From Harriotta raleighana (Eukaryota): a stretch of DNA of 64,000 nucleotides. Under the pieces are notes generated by a model. That model saw only the letters and a list, made by a program, of their open reading frames with translations, was not told the DNA's origin and did no database searches. Location: contig JBNZDD010013732.1 in NCBI GenBank assembly GCA_050575255.1, positions 21,505,279 through 21,569,278 of the forward strand, given 5' to 3'. This document shows positions 22,533 through 33,725 of the stretch, one piece after another. Within the stretch, counting starts at the first letter, position 1. Each line of letters opens with the position of its first letter. The translations under genes and the position numbers were made by a program.

Positions 22533-24777
22533 AAGTGAGCCTCACCTCTCATAATCTTTTGTAATTACACCCCATTTACTAACCTTATAATCCCTCTCTA
22601 CCAACCCTAATGTCAATAGGATCAGAGCATAATTTTGTTGAATTTCATTATTATGATGATTTGCCTTGTCACCAATACAAATCCATTTATTTATAAATTC
22701 CGTCAATCATAGTAATGTAATGTACTATGTTATTGCAGACACATTGATACCCAATTAATAATAATTAGACCTCAAGGTTAACTTGAGCCCCTTGGCAAGG
22801 TACTGGATGGCACATGGTGACTGTGGATCCAGGCTGCAACATGAAGAGATGCCTTCAGGAAAGCAAGAAACAATACTCACATTGATTACACTTGGCTCGC
22901 GATCTCTCTGACAGCCCCAGACTGATCATTCACATTCTGAAATATGACAGGGATTGCTGAGTAATCAGAAGTAGTAGCTAATCATCGTTAGTGAGATACT
23001 GAAGTGGGCCATTGAAATGAAACTGGTGATGGGCATTTGGAATAAGACCAACATGAAGACCCAGAAAGAGAGTGATGATGCTGGTAGAAAACATAGCAAC
23101 AAGGGTGATCAGGACAGCTCCAGCAGTGGGAAATCACAGGATAACAGCTATTGGTGATGAGAATGCACCACAAAAGAGTCATGGGACAATTAACAAGACT
23201 TTGATGAACAATTGCATGCCCCAATGATGAGAACTAGGGACAATTAATATGGGACTGGGTCCAAGATACCACGAAAACAGAGGAAATACTCAGAAATTAC
23301 AGAACAGGGTCTCTGAATTAAGGGTTAACTCACACAAAACATGTTAATTTTTCCGCTTTTACCTTATTAATTACCACATGATGAATCCCCAAATTTTGGT
23401 TAAATCTGTAACAGTTGATAGTTTTATTATATTTCAACACTAAAAAGTGCCAATATGTGAGTAACCAATGGGTTGTTCCACATTTCCATAGATGTTCTGA
23501 TTGCCATTTCAGAATGCACATTTCACAGAAACAAAATATTTATTTTTGTTTTATCTGTGCGTCTAAGGGTGTATAATAATCCAATAAATTAACTCAGTGT
23601 GTGTGTTATCAACATATTCCCAAAACACTTCCCGATTTCCCAAGTCACTGAGTGATTATTTCCATGGCAGCAGACATAGCACCTGATGTGTATGTTCCAC
23701 ATATGGGAAATTGATGCCATTCAAACAGATATTTGCTGAGCACATAATTTAGGGTATAGGGTCCACATATTGATATGAATCAATTTTTGCTCATGTCTTC
23801 CTCCACCCACCCATAATAATGAACAGGTACATATTGCAGGGTGAGCATTCAGAAGAATTGTCCACTTTAATTTGTAACTCCTCCAAAAAGCTCAAATACA
23901 CACATATGCACGCATTCCAAGAAAAATGAATGACAAATGTTAAATTGTCAGTTAAATTTGAGAATACAGCAGATGAGAAATGTTTAATGCTTAATACTTA
24001 AATGGAACACAATCGTCAGACTTGGTCTTAGTGGCTCCAAATGCCAATTTGATTTTTTTCCGTTCCTTTGCTTAAAGGGTTTGTTAAATGAGCATAATGG
24101 AAAAGGTACTCTTTATTCTTCTTGAGAGGTTGCTAAATGCAACAGTCAAGTGCTCGATTGTTAACGTATGTGTCAGAGTAATTGTATATGACAAAACTGA
24201 AGTCAGATCATAATGGTAAGTCTCAAGGAAAGAATCTTTAAAAGAAGGTCGTATTGTCTACAGATTTCAGAATTTCCCATCTTTCTGACTATGTGCTGAG
24301 CTGCACCCATCAGGAAATTCAGTAATTAAGGTGAAAACAGACAAAATCTCTGATGGGTGATGCGATTTATTGTAATGTTGCTTTTCACAGGATTCTGTGC
24401 CTTGATGTGACAATTCCCCAGAAGAAAGGCTTTATCTTTTTTTAAAAAACAAATTTTTCTCAACAAAGAACTTTCATCAAAGAATGCAAAAATCACACAC
24501 AGAAATGAAACAAGAAAGAAAACAAGCCATGAAACAAGACCAGCTGGCATCTTGTCGTAACACATGGATGTTGCAATACAAATCTGCGGTCAATTGGCAG
24601 AACACGAGTAGTGACAACTAACTACTGTACTATGATGATCATCAACAGACTTTTATCTTGCCCAAAAGAAGGGTTTTCTATAGTTTTGTTTGCTTGTGTT
24701 TGCTGAGAGGACTCAAAACCCTGGATCAGCAGATGTGCAATTAACTCACTTTGGGACTTCAATCCATAAACTAACAC

Positions 24778-25020
24778 TCCAACAACAACAAAATTACACT
24801 TGTATTGTGCCTTTCACGTCAGGAGGATGTCCCAAGGCGCTGGACAGTCATTGTTTCAGACACGAGCTGGGGACAGGGAGGGTGAAAGCAAAGGGGGGAA
24901 TTTGGAGTGACCGATGGATCGTCGAAGACGAGGGTCTTGAGGTGGGACTTGAAGGACGCCAGGGGAGGGATTGAGGCAGAGGTACTGTGGGATGGAGTTC
25001 CAGAGATTGGGGCAGGGAGT
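24778..25020 (-). mobile_element. L2 LINE 3' end
   Basis: (CAA)n, tail hairpin, then GGATGGAGTTCCAGAG (minus LWNSIP motif); homologous to 32198-32741. Confidence 0.9.
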
Positions 25021-25384
25021 GCATTGTCAGAGGTGCAATAATTGGACTATTAAGTGCCGTCTACCTGTTCAGGTGTAAGTTAAGGATACCATGATGTGTT
25101 ATGAAAAAGAAAGATTCTCCTTGGCGAAAATTCCTCCTGCTACAATTGCTTACAAATACTTGACAGTCTTTACCTGTGAAGAACCATCCGTTCTGCATGA
25201 AAAAATGCATATTTCCCAGTGCAGCTGGAATCCTTTAATCTCTGTGAACTGCACTTTCTCCTTTAACATTTCTGCTGTTATTATTGTATGCATTAAAGAA
25301 ACATGAATACTTTCTTCTGATTATCCTGGTTTATATTCCTCTCATACAAATTTATCTTAATTTAAATTCAAATACAGTAAATGG

Positions 25385-25525
25385 CTGCTCATCTCATTAT
25401 TGTTTATGGGATTTTTCTGGCACAGTTCAGCTGCCGATGTAACAATCTTAACTTAATTTCCAATCAATATTACTTTGTAAAGCACTTCAAGACTTTTATG
25501 TTTACATGAACAATGCTATAAGTAT
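25385..25525 (+). mobile_element. Old Deu-SINE 3' fragment
   Basis: TGTTTATGGGATTTTTCTGGCACAGTTCAGCTGCCG...GTAAAGCACTT. Confidence 0.5.
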
Positions 25526-26956
25526 TTTCATACCCTATATTCAGTTTGAAATATTTGTTAACCTACATTACCTCACTATGCAAATTTTCATTTATATAAC
25601 ACATTTTACATTGAGAGTTTGTCCCAAGGCACTGGCTGGTTAAAGGTTTGCATCTGAGCTGGGAGTGGGAGGTCAATGGGTTGTAGCCCTGTACACCAGC
25701 CTTATGTGAGCTAAAACAATGCAAGACTTCTAATGTGCAAAGTCACACTGTTTATTAAGACATTAAGTAATAAGGAGGACGTAAAAATAAATCTGTGAAT
25801 CTCCAACATTTGTTTACCTATTCTTGTTGCTATCACAATCACAATCAATCGTCACATGCAGGCAGAGTAATTGAACTGAGGAGTGATAGACAATGAAAGG
25901 TAAAGAATAGGAACCATAATCACAGGCCTCAAGCTTCAGGCTAAGAGACTTAGCCCACTGACTATCTGCCTGGCAAGGGTGCAAATCTCTTGAGGCCTTG
26001 ATTTGGCACAAAGTGGGCAAATTCTTATAGCAAGACCTCACACAGTTGTAGATTTCCCTGTCAGATTAACAAACAGAGTAATTTCCCTTCAGCTAGATCT
26101 GCAGTGTCTAACAGACAGCAATTAAATCACAAAAACCTGCAGATTACATCTACAAAGTTTAGGTCAAAATAGTGTTTTGTGACAGTAAACTGTAATAAGA
26201 ACACATTTAATCGATCAAAATGATGCATCTGACTAGCTCAGCAACATTTTAGCACCTGAAGACAGACATTTATGACCATTAGATTCATAATGTGCTGAAA
26301 GGTTGGTCCAAGAGTTCTTCTGAAAAAACATGTTGATCATTAGGTCATGATTACAACCAATATAAGGTGTATTAGAGCAAAGTTGCTCTTAAACCAAATT
26401 ACATGGGCATATTTTTGCTCTGATGTCAGTTCACAGTTAATGTGCAATGTGTTGAGTTTCATTTGCTGTTCCTCATTAGCACCACTTATATCCTTTGTTC
26501 ATGGAACGTGTTAATTCTGAAGTAAGCCTGAAACCCCATTTACCCTCCAGCTATACCCTGGCATTTGTTACTCATTTGCAGCTCACTCATTTTTAAACAG
26601 AATCATTCTAATCTTGATAAAATCAACGCAGAACTTCCCACCCAGTTTTTAAAAAAATGTACTTGACATGAAAAAAGCAGGAGATTTACACTCATTTAGT
26701 TTGAATAAACACAAAGCATGAATCTCCTGCCAATTGGCGAGGTAAGCAAACTCTCACTGCGTGCATCATAGTGATAATTTAATACCGAGAGCAGAAATAC
26801 GAATAAGGAAACCGTAAGGGCTGCATTTTTCCATTTAGTTGCACCCCATCAGGCAAAAGTGCTCAAAACAAAAAAAGTTCACAAAGTTCACATTCCAGAT
26901 TGAGGCAGTAAAACTCACTGGAGCCCCCAAGAATAATCTTATGATACAATATGTTA

Positions 26957-27085
26957 TAATTTACATTTATATAGTGCCTTTTACATCAGGAGGATGTCAA
27001 GGCACTTGACACAGCTGACTGGGGACCCAAATGGAGGGGGGGGCAGAAGGTAAACAATAACGGGATCAAAGTTGTAGGCCTTAAA
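26957..27085 (-). mobile_element. L2 3' end, diverged
   Basis: AATTTACATTTATATAGTGCCTTTTACATCAGGAGGATGTCAAGGCACTTGAC. Confidence 0.75.
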
Positions 27086-27809
27086 TTGTTTACAATGGAG
27101 AAGCCTGTTTGGACCATCAGGTCAATAACAGTGCTAACCCCTCCACTGGAGTTTATCTACTCTAAATGTGCTTCCCTACTCTATATTTATATCTGTTATT
27201 ATTTTTCCCTCAAGTATTTATGCAATTGCCAGTTGTGGATTTCTCTTCAACAGCATTTGTACATGGGCAAAATGGCCATCATTCCCAAAAGGAATGTTTG
27301 TTTCACGTGCAGGTTACACACACTCCAAAATACCCAGATGGAAACACTTACATCTGATTATGTTTCAAATCACCTAAAAGTTCTTCGAATGGAGCCTTGC
27401 TCTCTGTTCTCCTGCTATGTACTTTCATATAAAGTACCACTTCATCCTGCTCCACATTTTCTCCAGTCCAATTTAATTTATATTTGTTTTCAAACGCTTC
27501 CCTTCACTGGGCACAATCAGTCAAAAAACTGCAAAGGCCACAAAAGTGTAGGATAGGTACACCATGATGTTACAAATGTCCCACAGTTTGAGTAAACACA
27601 CACACACACGCACGTCTTCATTGTTGCTCCATTTTTTTTAGTCAGCCACATGCGGAAAACCATCATCATGCTCAGGAGTATCCAAACCAAACTCGGAAAC
27701 AATCTTATCCCTTGCTCCCTATCCCAATTGGTGCTAATCAAGTTCTACTGGAGTTGTTGGGTTCTATGAAGGTTAACACAGACCTGCTGTGAGTCGCCAA
27801 TGCAACCTG

Positions 27810-28045
27810 TAGTGCCTGTGCTTTCAACCACTATGCCTCCTAATTTCTGGAACTCCTTGCTTCAACCTTCAACTTCACACTCCACCTCACCCTCTTGTTA
27901 TCACTTAAATTGCACAGGAAGACCTTCCTCTTCAACTGCATCTATGGTCACTTCCCTTTTGTCCTTTCCTTGCCATTCAACCTGCCGTTGTACAACATTC
28001 CGAGATGCTGTCCTATGCAAAGGATGCTAAATAAATACAAGTTGT
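27810..28045 (+). mobile_element. Old L2 3' end
   Basis: GCTTTCA...TTCTGGAACTCCTTGC (AF..FWNSL), AAGACCTTCCTCTTC (KTFLF) and a degenerate tail. Confidence 0.7.
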
Positions 28046-28559
28046 AATTAGACATGCCAAAATAATTGTTTTGCTAGTTTTATTTTAAAACCATAAATAT
28101 TTTTCTGCACATTGTAAATTTTGCAGTATGAAGCTTGAGTTTGTCTATAATTAAACACTGATTGGAAGCCTTGAGGATCCTGGATGTGAATCAAGATATC
28201 CTTTTGAATCCAACTAATTTCTGAACAGAAAGAAAACAAAATACGGTACTACTGGATCATAATCTCTTCCCAAGAACATTAAATCTTGGGATGAAAAAGA
28301 CCCTTTGGCATATTTCATCTGATTCTTCCAGAATGCACATCAGAGCATCAAATATTTTTCTTTGAAAAAATAAATTCAGAGGCCAGGTCTCAACTACACT
28401 TCCTGGTGACCTGCTCTTGTCGTTGATATATCAAATGCTAGATTTTTATTATTACCTTTTGTTGAGGATATATCTCCTGAATTGAAATACCTACTGATTT
28501 GCCAATATAAGTGAGAATTCTATTCACTTATTTATTCGGGCGGGTCTTGCATTGCTTTG

Positions 28560-28735
28560 TGAGTAATCAGTCAACTGATGCCCCAAGATCTCTCAGCTTC
28601 CCCCTTCACAGGTTATATCCTGTCCATGGAATATATGTGTTTCCTGTTCTTCCCATATTCAATACCTTGTATTTATCTTTATCAAACTTAATTTTCCATT
28701 CATCAGCCAATGCATACATCCGTCAAACTCTCTTT
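28560..28735 (-). mobile_element. Decayed CR1 ORF2 fragment
   Basis: Minus translation ..ADEWKIKFDKDKYKVLNMGR..ERDLGASVD resembles the CR1 motif WADKWQMEFNVDKCKVMHLG..ERDLGV.VD. Confidence 0.7.
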
Positions 28736-30020
28736 CTCAGTATCTGTGAACTGGTTTACAGATTAAGACTGAATTTAAGAATTTTCCACGATATTATGTG
28801 AATTTACATTTCAATACAGATGTCTTACAGGCTGAGAAACGCAAGGTATTTCAGGCCACGGATGTGGGAAATCTTACTTCTGATGAGCCCATATCTTAAT
28901 AATCTGAGGAGAAGAATGGCTATTTGGATGATGGGCAATTAGACAACACCTGCCACCAATGAACTTGTGTGAATCTTGTAAGAAGTTTAGAAGGAAAAAG
29001 CAACCTTAGAAAATGGTACATTTTCGCAATCGGCACAAGTTAAAACCAAAATGTGAACCTGTACTTTGCCAAGGTTGAATAAGTCAAATGGAAGATACTT
29101 CTCAACATTTCACACATTTCCCTGTTAATTCTCACAATTTTTGGATATACACTTAACTTTTAGTTGTCATGTGTACTCTCAAGAACAAAACCAGCATTGA
29201 AAAAAAAAGCATTTCAAAGCGAACAATCAGATCCATTGTGTGCAGGCAGGGCTGGGAGCATTGGCGCTCAACTTGGCATAAATTTGAACCTTGTTGGAGC
29301 ATTCAGTGCTCCCACATAGAAAAGAAACAACAACTTGCATTTAAGAAGCACTTTTCATGCAGGATAGGATTTTAAGAATATTGTATAGTGATAAGGTTGG
29401 ACACCGACTAAGACATAAGCATGGTCACCAAATGAATACCCTTTACAGCAATCATAATGTTCACAAAGCAGATTGCCAGAGGACCATTACAAAGGTGTAT
29501 GGGCCCAAAGTATGCTCTCGAACATAATGTAATCCGACACATACAACCAAATCTCACTTCAATGAGAAATAATACATACTTCAGTGTAATAATTCATTCC
29601 CCTCAGCAAAACAAAAAAACTTTAAAAGTGTTTTTCTTGTGTCCAATACATTTTGTAACAATAGAAAACAGTGCCAGTATCCCATCACAGTGAATAATCT
29701 AGACAAGTCTTCAAGAAATTTGAGATGAATAACAAAAGATACATGATGCTGAGGATGCAAATATACAAATATATATGTTCTCATGTCAGAATATTTGATG
29801 TACCATGGTGTGTTAGATGGCCCAAAGGCTCACAGTAGTAATCCAGTACCTCAAAAGTTCACTCAATGAACATTTTACTAATTTTACTCAATTTACTCAT
29901 TCTACAATTCTCACTCTTCAAAAGATGTCAGATATTATTTTCCAATGAGATTATTCAATTTCTAGACATCCCATACCTAGTTTTACCTATAATTATAGTG
30001 GCTGGCACTTAGTCTGTTTA

Positions 30021-30142
30021 TAACAATAGCAATAATCCTCCTTCCATTTTATATAGCACTTTAGATGTCATTGAGATGTCTCAAAGTGCTTCACCGAACA
30101 TACTATAAAGTGGATTGACTGTGTATTTTGTGGGCAAAACAT
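30021..30142 (-). mobile_element. SINE 3' fragment
   Basis: ATATAGCACTTT...GATGTCTCAAAGTGCTTCAC...TTGTGGGCAAAAC matches the young SINE tail. Confidence 0.8.
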
Positions 30143-30404
30143 TGTTTCATGTTGTAATGTATTTATAAATAAGTAACATGAACAAAGTTACCGTTACCAT
30201 TGTTAAATTTGAGTACTACCAAGTAGTGCAAAAATCATCTTCACAAATGGAGGGGGAAGGATAGACTTTTGTTTGCACTTCATTTGGTGCAATGTTTGTT
30301 TAAAACTAATACAGTACTTGTATTAGCTAAACTGATAGTCATTATTGAGGAGAGTATGAAAACAAGAGCATAAATATGTGCTAAGAAAGTATGCTGTGGC
30401 AGAA

Positions 30405-30470
30405 AACATTCTACACAGAGTGATAAGATATGGAAAAAGGCCATTCGGCCCAACTTGCTCGCGCTGGCAA
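30405..30470 (-). mobile_element. CR1 3' terminal fragment
   Basis: GGAAAAAGGCCATTCGGCCCAAC matches the other CR1 ends. Confidence 0.55.
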
Positions 30471-31649
30471 AAATCAGGCAACCCAATTCCAAGTTACTCA
30501 GAACATTCATGTTTACAGACAGTTGGATGTTTTTTGAAGTGCCTAATTTCATAGAAAGAAACAGTGACTGAATAAAGTCATTTACTACAATTGATGGGAC
30601 TCTGAGCAAGTTGAACATGAATGGGTCAAACTAAATCACATGTTCAGACATATCACATTTCAAAAGAACCTCTAACTTTTAAGAGAGGAAATCACTCATC
30701 AAATTTACTGAAAATGCAATAAAACTTTGTTTTGTTGAGTTATTGACATGACAGTTAAGTGCTCTAAGGACAAACCAACTGGCTTGCATTAAACACCCCA
30801 CAAAAAGTAACAAATATCCTCTTGTTCCATTTAGCAGCAGAGGACATTATGAATGGAATGTGCACCATAAATGCAGTTCACTTTCAATCAGGGGCGAAAA
30901 TGTATATACTTACAGTTAGTTTTAAAAGAACACAACATAGGGCTAAAAAGTGGAAGTACCAACAGCACAGAGAATGCTACCAGCCTGCGAAGCACTTTGA
31001 TGCTTCCAATTCCATCACATGACCTGGAACTTGCCTTTCCCAAGACAATAATTTGCAGTCATCTAGAAAATCCTCACAGTGTGGATGAAGTATTAAATTC
31101 ACAGAGCTGCTGCAGTTCCAAATGCTGTTGCTTTTGCTTGTCAAACTGCTGTGAATATTCATTCACCTTAGTGACTTCATTTTACAACAAATTTAGAGCA
31201 AGCTGGCAAATTCACCATGAGCAGCTAACATGGAATAAACGTCGCTCTCTACACGCTGGTATCAAGTATCTTGGAAACTCGCTTTGTACGTGACACCATT
31301 TATGCTTTGCCATTCTAATCTTTATTTTCCTTCCAGATATCACACCTCACCTCAGTAGATATTCAGTTTCCGCCGGCGGTCTCCAAACTGTCAGGCCCAA
31401 CATCTGCCCCTGACTCACTAATAGGCCACAGCAGTTGATTGACATCAGGTGATGATTGAGCAACTGTCTGATAAAATATGACAATTATTACCCGAGACTA
31501 CAACACCCTCGGCAAAGACTGGACTCTTTGGTATTATATTCCTAAATTATTATTTAAATTGTATTATTTTAGGGGAATCATATATGAACATTTCGCAAAA
31601 ATAAATATTTCTGCCTTACATTGCTATATATAATACATATATAAGTCAA

Positions 31650-32825
31650 AGTCTCTAATGACATTTTAATCATCTGTGATTAGGGACTCTCTGCCTCCTT
31701 GTCCTCCTTGACCTCTCTACTGCCTTTGACATTGTCAACCACTCCAACCTCCAGCATTGCCTCTCCTCCCAGCTCAATTTTTATCAATCTGTCCTTGCCT
31801 GGTTCAACATATCTCTCTCACCGTCTCCACTTTGTGGCCACCAAAAGCTTCTTCTCCACCCCTTTACTGTTACCTGTGGCATCCCACAGGGCTCTGTCAT
31901 TGGCCCCCTACTTTCAATATCTACATGGTGACATCATCTGCAGATATGGGGTCAACTTCCACATGTATGTGGATGACACTCAACTCTACCATTCTGCCTC
32001 TAACCTCAATTCCAGAACCACTGCTGTCCTAACAGATTACCTGTCAGACATCAAGTCCTGAATGAGAGCTATCTTTCTACAGTTGAATGTCAACAAGACT
32101 GAGGCCCTCTTGATTGGCTCGCGCCAGCGCCTTCACACCTTAGGCACTGGCAGCATCAACCTCCATGGTTGCACACTCCACCTCACCAGGCCAGTCACAA
32201 CAACAACAGCAACAAAATTACATTTATAGAGTGTCTTTCACTTTGGGAGGACGTCCCAAGGTACTGAACAGTCGGGAGTTGGTACTCAAGCATGGAGGAG
32301 GGGCAGGATAGGGAGAAGGGGAGGGAGAGAGGTGGGAGGGTGACAGAAGGCACGATCGAAAAGAAGGACCTTGAGACTGGCTTTGAAGGAGGCAAGGGAG
32401 GAAGCGAGGCAAAGCGACTGTGGATGGAGTTCCAGAGTTTGGGGACAGAGAAGCTGAAAGCCCATCCACTGATGGTAGGGTGGGTCAGGCAGGAGACATG
32501 GAGCAGACTGGAACCCATGGAACAGAGGGGGCAGACAGGTTGGTAGGGAGTAAGCAGGTCAGAGAGGTAGAAAGCGGCAAGACCATGGCCTTGAATGTGA
32601 GGACGAGAAACTTAAATTCGATCCTCTGGGGGATGGGAGCCAATAGAGCTGGGCAATGGTGGGAGTGATGGGGTTGCGGAGTTTTGGATGATCTGCAGCT
32701 TGTGAAGGAAAGAGCTAGGAAGGTCGACGAGCAGGGAATTCCCAGTCAGGAACCCAAGTATCTTGTTTGATCCTCCACTGTTTTTCCACCCTCACATCCA
32801 AGCCATGACTAGCTCTGCCTTCCCT
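31650..32825 (+). mobile_element. Decayed L2 ORF2 (reverse transcriptase) fragment, interrupted by a nested L2 at 32198-32741
   Basis: Frameshifted motifs LVLLDLSTAFDIVNH, GIPQGSVIGP, FHMYVDDTQLY (YADD), LQLNVNKTEALLIG; resumes after the insert with VRNPSILFDPPL..PHIQ. Confidence 0.9.
32198..32741 (-). mobile_element. 5'-truncated L2 3' end inserted antisense into an older L2
   Basis: (CAA)n tail at 32198; minus ORF includes GWAFSFSVPKLWNSI..FK; flanked by CCAGTCA at 32191-32197 and 32742-32748. Confidence 0.9.
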
Positions 32826-32827
32826 CA

Positions 32828-33049
32828 TTGATTGAGTGATCAAATCATTATTCATTTATTTATTTTTGAAGGGATTATTACCCCAGGAAAGTGATCTGGT
32901 AATCAATTGACAACCGGGTTCCAATTTACTGCTAGATAAATAGAGTATGATGTAAGGAAACTTGCCTAATGTTTTGCCCTGGACAGGAAGCAAATCCGGG
33001 TCCATTTTCCTGCGAGGTGAGTGCTCTAACCATTACGATATAGGACTCC
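32828..33049 (-). mobile_element. 5' part of a longer SINE variant with an extra internal segment
   Basis: tRNA head (GGAGTCCTATATCGTAATGGTTAGAGCACTC on minus) and TTAGGCAAGTTTCCTTAC as in the young family, plus an extra segment of about 60-70 nt at 32881-32945. Confidence 0.8.
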
Positions 33050-33593
33050 TAATGGTGGTGTTGATTTATTATATACATTATTGCTGCAATGTTAAATGGT
33101 CAGTCATCAACACTTTAAAAGAAAATACATTACAAGCCAGGCAAAACACTTGACCATACTAATCCAAAAATATAGTTTGCAAGGCCAAAATAGCAGTCGA
33201 TGCTATGGGGACTGTGAAGAAAGGCCCCAGCGCCGCAAAAGAACATTCCGATAAAACACTGTCTGCTCAAATTGGTGTCGCTACTCTTAACAAATGGTGT
33301 GTGGGCAGGCATTGCTGGGGTGGGGGGGGAGCAACTTACAGAAAAGAAAAAAGCAGCAACTCTTTATGACTTGAAGAGAACAAATTGCATTAAAATAGTA
33401 ATTTTACTGAGTAGAGTGCTGAAGAACAAGGCAGTCTACTTTCATTATTCTTTTGGTGTATGCAAGTCATTAATTAAGACACGCCTGACTGCCAGCAATG
33501 GACTCATTCTACGTGCCTGTTTGGGGGATAGTATGTGCCGATGAAGTCTGGCCAGTTTTCTCTGCAGCTCTGCCCCGATGGCGTTGATTATGT

Positions 33594-33725
33594 NNNNNNN
33601 NNNNNNNNNNNNNNNNNNNNNNNNNNNNNNNNNNNNNNNNNNNNNNNNNNNNNNNNNNNNNNNNNNNNNNNNNNNNNNNNNNNNNNNNNNNNNNNNNNNN
33701 NNNNNNNNNNNNNNNNNNNNNNNNN
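33594..33725. other. N block (132 nt)
   Basis: Run of n. Confidence 0.99.

Noticed and set aside
27086-27556. 156-aa ORF
   Set aside because: No recognisable domain, composition typical of AT-rich non-coding DNA, and no convincing splice context.
31699-32061. 120-aa ORF as an active reverse transcriptase
   Set aside because: Short L2 fragment with frameshifts, stops and a nested insertion.
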